Of a DNA stretch of 64,000 bases, positions 53,141-64,000 are shown in pieces. This stretch comes from Ophelia neglecta. Lineage: Eukaryota. The position numbers and the translations under genes were made by a program. The number at the start of each line of letters is the position of its first letter. The stretch's first letter is position 1. The stretch lies in the NCBI GenBank assembly GCA_965285935.1, contig OZ260666.1:65844001-65908000 (forward strand), written 5' to 3'. The notes beneath the pieces were generated by a model. The model was not told where the DNA came from, ran no database searches, and saw only the letters and a program-made list of their open reading frames with translations.

Positions 53141-55986
53141 TAAAAAATATTGCAACCGACTACGCGTATAAAGTATATGTTGGGTCACAATATCACTAAG
53201 TATATAGACCTTTACTGCATGTAAATTCAAGTAATTCGTAAACGTGCGCCCAGATTTCGGAAGCTGCAGCAGTCTGAACTGAGTTGCCATTGCCCCATAC
53301 ACAACAAGCATGGCCTTGGCCGCTTGTCAAATTTTGGTCTTATTGTGCGCTCAGCATGTCATCAAATGTTATCGGATCCCTCAATCTTCGATGTATATGA
53401 GGCGAATAATAGTCTAAATTGGCTTATCTGATTAGGAAAGCGCGTCACAAGCATTTAATAAGGTAGTATATCACGTATTTCTTCACGAATACACAAAAAC
53501 AGTATACTGATCAATGCCTTCACAGACAAATCTGTGGAATTCTTGCACCAGGCAATAGTCTTTGTGCTGAAAAATTTCTTGCACTTTTTGGCAAGACCGA
53601 CTTTTCAGGAGTATGATTATAAAATATCAGTATTTATTAAAGTACACTTATTTTCTTCCATGTAGAGAATCATAGGCAGGACTAGACGATATTTCATTGG
53701 TGTTTTCATTATTTCCCCTGGAAATAAGGTCCACCAGAAATGTCAATACAAGTACCCTAATCCTCTTTTTAAAACTTTATTCTTTTAAGTGATTTGGCTC
53801 GCCCTAAATGGTTTCACTTTAGTAAACTAGCTAATTCACTGTTCTTGAGAAATGTGTATTAAAACTTCAATGAATGAATATGACTGTGTGAAAAATTTGA
53901 GACGAAACGATTTGTTCAAAGTCCCAGTTTTTACATGTATACAGCAACACAGTCATGACATTCTCTAATGTTACATACTTGTGGCTCAAACAGTGGTCAG
54001 TATGGAGCCCAGAATCCCTAAACTGATACATTGATTATGCTTAAAAGTTGAACTTTGGCCTCATTAGCTAAATTACACATCTTTTATGGAATGGTAAAAT
54101 ATACACGCATTTCTCACACATCCAATTCGTTGGTGTGTATTATGCTTGGAAAAAAAACATTTTATATGGCTTCTTTCCTTTCATTTTGTTTTCTCAAACA
54201 TTTTACTAATTAGTGGTGCAGATGGAACTTTAATTGACAAAGTAACAGTTGCATTATTACAAAGAGTTGTTCATTGTGAGTTTTGCGATTATTGAGTGTG
54301 GTCCATTACATCTCAGCTCACAAACAGCAGCTGGCCATTTGATTTACTGCCTTTCATCAGCTAGTAGTTGTTTGTCAAAATTACTAATTAGTTATGAGAC
54401 CATCAGTCCCGTTGGGGAAAAGCTGGTGCCTCAATTGAGTGAATTATGCGGTTTGATTGCCATTCTTCTTCTCTCATATTGGCCTTTTATACTCAAGTCT
54501 CCCTGGTCTCAGAACTAATTGCAGACTTATTTTTGTATCGGTTTTCTCTTTTCAGCATGTTTCATCACATGGACAAGAATGAATATTTCATACTTTAAAG
54601 AATGACTTATGCAGGTGCATTTGGAAACATATGGTTGATTAATGATCCTTTTAAACAATGATAAATGGTTGAAGGGTTGGGTGTTGATATGCTTTGTAAA
54701 GCTGCACAGCACTGTAATATTACTGAAAGGTTGCTTCCATAAAGTTTGCAGGCAAAATATGTTCATGTATGCTCAAGTTGCAACAAAATCTCCCTACCAC
54801 ATTACAAATAAGTATAATTGACATATTGAAGTTGACATTTTAATGGGTGGCACTCTTTCAAAAGCAAAACAAAAGTTGACAACTGTCCAATACCAACAAC
54901 TGTCCTATGTCAACCACAACCCTGTTATAAATTGCCCAGCCATATCACGTCTGTTGAAACCATCTCTAATGTCAACTTTGTAAATCAAATGACAGTAAAT
55001 AGACTAGTCCACAAAGTTTGACATACATTTACTATACATCTTTCATGATCATTGTTGGCAAAGGAAACCTAAAAATGTTCATAATTTGAAATAAATTTGC
55101 CTTAGGCACATGGAAAATATATTTTGGCTATCATCACCTTTCTTTTGTCTTGTGTGATTATAAGTGTTTGAAATTTTGATATTTTCAAGTGTTTATTTAG
55201 GCAAGTACCTATTTAATCAAACGAATTAATAAATGTTTTATAATCTTGATATATCTAGTTCAGTAATGTTTTTTAAGGCGATCCTTTAGCCATTTCACAA
55301 GCGGTAAGAATATAAGGTAATACCAGTAGCTGTTTCATAGTAATGCTACAAAACTGTAAATTTATGTCCTAACGCGACTTCAGTGATCAATGATCGTGAT
55401 TTTTGTGCTTTATTCAAAAGGTATAAACCCTATTTATGGGAAGTTGTCGCTTGGGAAACGAGTTGTGCAGTTTGACAATTGCATGAAAGGAGTCATCACA
55501 GCGCTTGGAATAAGGACTTTGAATAAGGACTTTGTGCTGAACTGGTGACTTGAAAACAACCCAGGTGGAAGGCACATTAGTATGCACTGTTGATGGGCAC
55601 ATTTTCTGCTGAAATGGTTCTCTAAAGATATAGGTGCAGGATGTATGACTGAGCGCCCTATTCCGTGCCTGACACTTGGTCGACCCTTGTGCCTAAACTC
55701 ATTGATATACAGACAGATATGCAGAAAATCTGTGCTATATGACTTGCTGTCACCGCAGTTTATGTGAGCCTTTTATCTGTCCTGTATTATAAGTCAATCA
55801 GTCATGTTCGCGTGAAAGACCTTTTATTGTGGTTTTTATAATCGTGTTTTTGAATACCCTTTTTTCACATTCAGGTGTGACTTCTCAATCTTAGAGGAGC
55901 AGCTTCAAAGACCTCTCCCAGTTGGAGACTGTTCATTGCAATTTGTACCTGAGAATATTAGGTTTCCTTACTTTGATCAGAACAAC

Positions 55987-56071
55987 ATGTTCTACTGTTG
56001 GAATATAGTACTCCTGGTGTTTTTCACATTGGAGACAATAAGTGGGATAGTTGCTGCACCTACCACACAAG
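55987..56071 (+). CDS. Candidate alternative signal-peptide exon B (whole exon 55875-56071 including UTR)
   Basis: Acceptor ttttcacattcag at 55874; the first ATG in the exon (aacATG) gives MFYCWNIVLLVFFTLETISGIVAAPTTQ; phase-1 donor aag|gtacga. Confidence 0.55.
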
Positions 56072-59000
56072 GTACGAGTTTAAAGCTATGTTTTAATGAT
56101 GCAATTTGATCCTATACAATGATAATTTTTCTCAATTGAATCTTATTATGTTTGATTTGAAATCATTTTTTGTTCATCTAAATAGTGAAGTACTTGATGA
56201 CATTTTATACCTCAATTGCCAAATATCCAATTCAATTACCCATGACATTTTATTCTTGTGTTCCTGTGCTTTGTGTATGCAACACATATTTTATATTTGT
56301 GACATGCATAGAACAGATAGACATGATTATGCATTTGAAGAGATGTAGAGGTTAACAAAGGTTTTTGAAAACTTCCCTTATTGTTGATTGCATGTAAGGA
56401 GGATTTGCAATATAGCCTGTTGGAAACTTTCATGGATGAAAATACTCACATGATTTTAAAAAAAAAATAGCACCACCCCTTCCCCTCATCACTGCCAGTT
56501 TTAACAACGATGAATGGCCAAAAAAGTAAGAGAGGCAAAGCTATCCCATGGCATATATAAAAGTGAAAAAATCCTATAAGAAACAATTACTGGTTGACAG
56601 TAATACACGGCGATAAAAATGTTACATTGTGAGTGTTTAGATTAATTGTTAAAATTATGAATAATTTCCGATTGAAATGATAATGTCAACAGGTGACTCT
56701 AAATAATTACCTGCCTTCACACCCAGACAGCCTGATTTTATTGCAAACTATTAATTATCCCTACAGTGACTCTGGCAAAAGAAATTATCGACATTTCAAG
56801 GTATTTTAGCTAAGGTCTTCCACCTGATTAACTTTGCATAGTGAATCTTTGTGTGTGCCCGCTTTGACGGTGCTCGCTGACTTCCCTTACGCTACATTAG
56901 CTTGCCTAAATGCCTGAGAAATGCTCTGAATGCGCTGGTATGATGCTCCTTCTCTTGGTTATGGTTGCCACTTGGAAAACATTCAAACTGTTGCAGACTG
57001 AATAAAGAGAGCGCTACAGAGCAGAGAATGAAATGAAAATCGGCGGAAAACTTGGAAGCAAACAAGCAACTTACATTGACACCAGAAAGAGCTGCAGTGT
57101 CTAGTTATAGGTTGGATAACTGGTAAATTGACTGTTAAATCAGCGCAAGCATGTGTTGTTGTTAAAAAAGTGTCCTTTTTTCTTGTATTCTTTGCTTTGC
57201 CGCACCTGCATTTGCAGTATGCTTTTTGTCTGACTGAGTATAGTGACATGTGTATAAGTGTTGTGTCATCCTCTGAGGCAGTGATCATTGGCAGAATTTT
57301 GTAAAATAGTGCAAAATGGTGTCAAATCCGACTTGTGGTTGAGCAGATGTCCTTTAGGTAATTTCTTCATAGAAATACAAAATTAATCTTCTCCTTGACT
57401 CATACCTATCTTCTAGCAATTTTCTTTATCAAACTACTTTGCAATTGATTTCTCTTGTGCTGTGGCAGTGCTCGTTTAAATTGGTGTTGAGCACATGGGC
57501 AAAGGCTCTGATTCACCCAAGTTTCCGTAGCTTATTGTTCAATGATGAAAAGCTAAGAAATTTGAATTTCTGAGGAACCCCCTTTAGTTTGTGTGAGAAT
57601 CCATCCAGACATCAACATTCTTCACAATGTCCACTTCACGATCCTTTCTGCCTTCGCTCTCGAGTACTCGATATTTCTAAGTCCTTTGTGCTACTTGATA
57701 TTCATCCTGAAATTAGTTGTATGTATAAGAGGCGCAAGCTCGACCTCAAATATTGATCTTGGATTGGACAATTTTCTGTTGATAAATGGCTGTGCATAGG
57801 GATGTGCTTTAGCAGGTGTACTATTTTTGGATACCTTGCCCATAAAAACAGAATTTCAAAAAGAGAACTTTTAAGTGTTGAATTGGTGTAGCTAGTTCAG
57901 ATTGCCTTGGGAAGCTTTTGCCATTTCGCATACTTCATGAAACATCCAGACTATCTCTAACACTATTTTCATCTCAAGGAAGTCTGTTGTTATGCAAAAT
58001 TTATATAAGATCACTAAGGCATGTCCATTTGATTGATTAGTTTTGGTGATTGATCACTATCTGATTGATTTTCAGGAAGTTTGAAACATTCTGATGATGA
58101 TTGCTTTGAAATTGCAGGATAATAAATCTAGTTAATATTCCATAAATCTGTTAAAGGTGGCAAAATCTGTCTTGGAATTTACATTTGACAAGATTTCACC
58201 ATTACTGTGTGATTTAATTGGCCTTAATACCTAATTGTTATCTTTGAGCTGTAACACCTGGTATTATTTAACATCACTGAAGCATGAATGCTGATATTAG
58301 CTCCCTGGTAAGAGCCCTGCCAGAAAGGTGTGTGGGCATAGATGAAATAAACACACAATCAAAGCTATGTAGGGTTCTGATAATAACACAGCTTCTTAAA
58401 CTGTCAACATTATTAGAATCTAGTAACTTTGCTCAGCCTTGCTCTAAATGAGCATGACATGAGTATTAAATGCTAACCAATCAATATGTTTTTTGCTGAG
58501 CACCCGTACTAGAGTAAAAGGTATATATGTATACAAGTTTTTAAATCATTATATGTGTGTATCTGTGAGTAAACAAGGGTTACTCCCTAGAACGTACATA
58601 GTCAGAATTACCTCTAACTGTGGTGTTAATGTAAATGAAATTGGGTCATAGTAAAAAAATAATCAATGCAGGCCCTTCCAGTACTCGACTATCCCCTTGA
58701 GGGATTGATTCCTGTGGTTGTTGGCAAAAAGGCCCAATAAGGTCATGCATTCTCAGTGATTTCTGCATTGGCGATCTCATAAAATGTCTCTCCGCAATAA
58801 ACCTGAAGATTTAAAGGCTCATTCCCTCCCCGGTCCCGTTCTATTTGGCCATTTATGGGCAGCATTTACGATTGTATAGTTGTGCCCTCCCGCCCAAACT
58901 CATTAAATATTTATACCACAATCAGTAGAGGTTGGCCTGATTTTCTATTTTAGCAGTGCAAAGATTTGATTACAGGGCAAAGAATCAAATGAGTATTGAA

Positions 59001-62000
59001 GGGTACATTTCCTTATTATGTTTTTATTTGTCACTAGAATTTTGTAAATGAAAAAGGAAAATGAAAAGGAACTTTTATAACAACAAAATTCAGTTTTATG
59101 TTTTCTATTCTGCATATTATGTTCTTTAAATAATTATTTATCATTAATGTTTTATGATATATAAAAGGCTAGGCAGTAAGACCAGTATTACTACAAAGGG
59201 GTGTTGGTTGCTCAATTTTGAGTTTGGCATCAGCATTACAGTTTGCAATATTCTACTCAGCTAAACCTGGATGAGAAATGACCTCCCATAAACTTCCACA
59301 CTTATTTCTACCCTTGTGGCCAGGCAATACAACTTACAATAATAGTGTGCTAGCCACAGGGAAATCTTTGCAAGCTCTTTTGCTGTATAAAGTAAGAAGT
59401 AGATCATAATTTGTCCTTGGTTTGGGCTCATTTTCTGCTCAAAATCCCTTGTTTCATCACACAATCTGTTGCACACTAAAGTCGGCTTTTTCGGACCACT
59501 GGCCCGTATTGATCGGGACGCTTCTTCTGGGTATTGTGTGGTGTCTCGCTGAAGACATTCTGGTCAACGTGAGCTATTTGTCATGTTATAGGGAGATCAT
59601 CTCGGGAATTCTGTGTCCTCAAGGGCCTGAGGTGAATACTATACAGTAAGATTGACTGAAGAAACCTCCAGCAAGGCAGACAGGAGGTTCAGTGGTCTAA
59701 AGATTGCATAGTTTTGCTCTGTATAAGTGTATGCAACTTCCATTCTCATTTTGTATATTGATCTGTGAAATTTAAATTATAAAAATAATAATATGCCAGA
59801 AGAAATTTGTTTACCACTGCAGTCTGCAGACAGCAATAAGCCATGTGAGGCCTTTAACTAGCTTTTGCTGTTAGAGTCTTTCTTTCTTAAGCTCGTTCCT
59901 GGGCCTTGTCATGTTTGATTTTCAATTATAAAATTCCATCATACTTAGTAACAGGAGATATTCTTCCTAAGCTGAATGCTGAGTTTTCAATATCTTCGGA
60001 GATCAAACACAAATTTATTTCCAACAATTAAGTTTTTGAATTGGTTTGCAAGTATGTGATGATTCAGTGTTTGGTAATTTGAAGTAAAGCCTGTTCAAAC
60101 TAACAAGCTGAATGGTATGCCCTTGGGTGTATCACCTCAAACAATTCATAATGTGTGAGTTATATATGCACATGATATAATGCCATGTTTTTATCCCTCT
60201 TTTCGATGGAGAGGCTTTTCAACACCCTGCCGTAACATCCAAACTAATAAGTTTTTGAGATACACTTAAAAGATTCTCACTGGGAATAAAGTGCCAATGC
60301 TTGCTTTGGATGACAGTTATGTTTTGTCGCTTGTTGGAAGAAAAGTTTGTTCCAACTCAGGCATTGTGCCTCCATTGAATGCCGGCTACAAATTCAATTA
60401 ATTGGGTAAAATACACTTGAAGAATTTCTATCAGTAAGGGTAAGGGTGGAAGATAGATTGAACTATTAATGGAGATATTTCCGCCTGCGAGTTTTAAGAG
60501 CAGTTAAGAGGGGCAGGTGTAATGGACAGCAGTTTTGTCCCATTCTCATAGCCATTATGGTGATCTAAGGGGCAACATGATTTTAAACATACATTTATAT
60601 TTGGTGTCTCCATTTTATGGGAGCTTTAATGATAACATACAATCAAAGTCGACTATAATGGATTGGTGGTGAGATTCCCTTTAGCGCTATTCTACCTAAT
60701 TTGCTGGACGGGGGATTTTATCACATTTACAAAAACCCTACCCTACCCCTCCCTGCCCTGTTTGTTGGACTGATATTATTAAACCCCTGCCAATACCTGA
60801 TTTAAAATACAGCTATACCTTTGAGAGTGAATATGGTTGGCTAATAAATAATTCACATTTCATGAACACTCCCTGCTATCTAAAAGACCAGACAATCTCT
60901 TACTTGTCATTAGTTAAGCATGTTGACTGAAGTGTGTCAATTCTGGGTTTTTTTCTCAGGCAAATCACAAGCAATTTACATGTCGTTGTGAAAAGTAAGA
61001 TGATTTTAGAGACAGGTGTTAGCTTCGTAGGTATATAATACCTTTAAAAGAGCAGCGAGGACACTTCCACACAGCATGACTCCAAAGGGAATGTCTATAA
61101 TTTATATAGGATTCTCTTACGGCAGTTAAGTGAATGATCGCTAAGTTTTGGTTTGTTGTGAAAAATGATACCCTAGCCTGTCCTATCATGCAATGATGAT
61201 CACTCATCTGTGGAAATTCTATTTACAGGTTTGCTGCTCTTTCCTACTCATGTGAGACCATTGCCAACAACGACTTCCCGTGTGTGGTTGCCAAATTTAA
61301 CACCTCAATTTTATCTGATATCGCCACCTTTTGACACCTTTTAACCGATACTGTAATTAGTAAGACCCCTTGTCTAAACTTATAGTGGGTTGGACATGGT
61401 TCATAGAGTCCATACACTGTTAGAAACATTTAAAGCAATACCATCATAACTGTATTTAGTGTTAGAAAACAGTATATTATTTGAACAGTGTACTTGTGCC
61501 TCACAATTCATTCCCATGGTGAAGGTAGCACTTGACAAATAAAACTTATTGGCTGCCTTTGTAGCTAGTTTTTCTGAAAATTTACTGCATTTTAAGGATA
61601 CCGGAGAAAAGTTATTTGGTGATAACAAGTTTTGGACAAGCCCTGTGGTCTTTGTCAGAGTGGGTGGTAAAGAATATTTCTTTCATATTACGCTTTGCTG
61701 CAGGTAACAGACAAATGGGCAAGTTTTGACCAGGTCTGTATAGTGGTACTATATTGTATGAAAACGCTTCTTAAAGTGTTCACCTGACAGGGAGACCATA
61801 TGAAATATTGCCCTGCCCCTCAGCCTAGTGGGGCTGTAGCCACTGAGTCTGGCGTGGCCACCTACTGTATTATGTGTCTGTATTGTATCGTACCCCCTCC
61901 ATTATCATTGTATGTAAATAGCGCCCTCACACTTCTCCTCTGGCGACATTGCCAACACGCTCGGCTTCACCTCTAAAGCTACACCGCTGTTGACGTATTC

Positions 62001-64000
62001 AAATATTAAAACCATTATAGTCAGACACTCGGATCCAATATAAAACCAAGACAAGTGCTAGTGAGAATGTCTTGTGAGATATCTCCTGCTAGACTATACT
62101 TATTTGGTGATGGTATACTTTTATGTATTGATAATGTTTAGCCTTGGTTTGAACCTGCTATTATCATAAATTTCAGTAAAATTATTATCAATCTAAAATA
62201 GGCATCTAAATGTAAAGCGATGGCAGTCTACGTTCATTGCTATGACCATTAAGGCACTTAGACCAATTTAAGGCTGTAAGTAAATAAAAAGTATAACTTA
62301 AAAATAACTGTTTAAGATTATGTTTAATGACATCAAATGTATGAAAGAAGAACAATAAGGCTGTGAATGATGAAATGTCTTAAAAAGTTGAAATTGTTTG
62401 ATACTAGCCTGCCAAACATACTCAACAGTACAATATGATGTCATGAGAGAAGAATGCAGCCACTTTTGATACAAGTTAATTTGAGTGTATGTCTACGTAG
62501 GACATTGTTACATCTAGTTGAAATACTTGCAGGGGCCGCCAGACAACTTTAACTGGCTGGAGAGGCTCATCAGGCGCTCATTCAGAAATTGAACAGGAGC
62601 GGGGGGGGGGGGGGGGGGATCCCTTTAAGTTGTGTGACAGATGGGGACGTTGTGGGAGGGAAAGACCAGTGAGTTGTGTGAGGGGCTCATCCGTGGAAGT
62701 GAGGACAGTTGGGCACGGGTGGGGTGATAGGGGATAAGTAGGGCTGAGAAATTCTCCAGAGTACTTGCGCCCTTCCATAGTCGTTTCTGCTCATGTAATC
62801 TGGTAATTTCATCCCAACAGCAGGCCAATTCTTTATCTTCACCTTTACTTTATCTCCAGGAAGTGACAGTTTTGGCATATTGGACAAGGAGATAAATTGT
62901 ACTGTTAAAATATTCATTTTTTACAGTCTGGTGTGGCTCTTTGGCCTTTGGAGTCATTGGAAATTAAATAAATGACCACCTGCACATGTATTTCTTTAAA
63001 TCCCAGCCATCTACAGTCCAAATCCAAAGGGACAGAGGGGAATGACTTGAATATTGAATAACAAAACTGGCCGGTCTTGCTCCCATGCATACTGTAGACT
63101 TGGTTTCAGGCTGCACAGTTGCCTGTGATTTTAGCATTGGAAGAAATGATAGTCAGCACATCTACACTAAAAACGTTGGTACCACCTACAAACTGTTCAA
63201 ACTGTTGATAGTTTTCAAAGCGTAGACCATTCTGCTATGACAATAACAAATTTCCTAAGGATAAACCTACTTGAACCTGCACCAAGCTTTGGTTTAAATG
63301 TTGATTTTGCAAGTCACCAAAATGTAGAAGTTGTAGTAGCATATGCATGTATATATGTATATGCTATGAAGAGTGGAACTCTTAACACACTTGAAACCCT
63401 TGTCAGTGTAGGTAAACAAGATTGTAGCACACTTTAAGCTCTAAATGCAGACACAAACACATTAGAAAACTATAAAATACTTTGCTTTGGTGCTTAAGTT
63501 CCCATATTGAGTTCCTCAGCCTAAGATATGCCTCACATTCAAGTGTGTCCTATTAACTCTGCCTGGTTTAGTTTTTACCTGCAATTAAATAATTGTCATT
63601 AGTTTTCTAGCCCAGTAACTTTTATGCTGTTTCTCAAAGATGACTGCTTTCTTTTGTACATTTATCAGATTTTATTCACAAACTGCCTCAGAACTAGGAA
63701 TAAACCTCTCAGCAACTTCTAAAGAGCTGTTTACATGGTTTAGCACCAGGCCTGGGGTTGAACCAGCGGGGCTGTAACATGTAATGTTAACTTCCGAAAT
63801 CTGAGCTTTCCGCCCAATTGCCAGTTGCAGCTACCATGAAATTCAGGGTATCAGCTGGGCTTGGTGTCTAGAATTGATATAACTTTTAAACTTGGATATA
63901 AAACAGAATTGAAGTGCTTAGTCCATCTTAATTTGCTGTTTGGGGTTTCTGGAAAGGGGTTTGGTATTAATCTTAGCCATTGTAGGTCTTAAACTTACTC

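Noticed and set aside
59422-59649. Hydrophobic ORF (WPVLIGTLLLGIVWCLA) as a third signal-peptide exon
   Set aside because: No in-frame ATG (TTG start), no convincing acceptor, and nearby donors are phase 0.

Overview
AT-rich animal genomic DNA with spliceosomal GT-AG introns. It is probably from a lophotrochozoan, most likely a mollusc; this is inferred from the SINE type and the single-exon TRIM-NHL genes. Bases 671-38476 (+) hold the last 51 coding exons of a megalin/LRP2 orthologue. These join into one unbroken frame of about 2,540 codons: YWTD propellers, a 10-repeat LDLa cluster, an 11-repeat LDLa cluster, a final propeller, two EGF repeats, a TM segment and a 158-aa tail. Downstream lie two CpG-rich MITEs, then two divergent single-exon TRIM (RING/B-box/B-box/coiled-coil/NHL-like) ORFs at 41005-43020 and 47984-49927. 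A CpG-rich promoter near 53 kb starts an unidentified secreted or membrane-protein gene with two candidate signal-peptide exons. Three copies of a tRNA-derived SINE and several TA-flanked MITEs are scattered through the window. The most unusual signal is that at least six LRP2 splice junctions are the anchored end of a degenerate tandem array whose unit is part exon and part intron, which leaves runs of decoy splice sites ('exon echoes'). A second is a tiny ATG-bearing exon upstream of the first TRIM that would splice in frame to the second TRIM, suggesting one promoter may serve both. All calls come from manual reading; no database searches were run.
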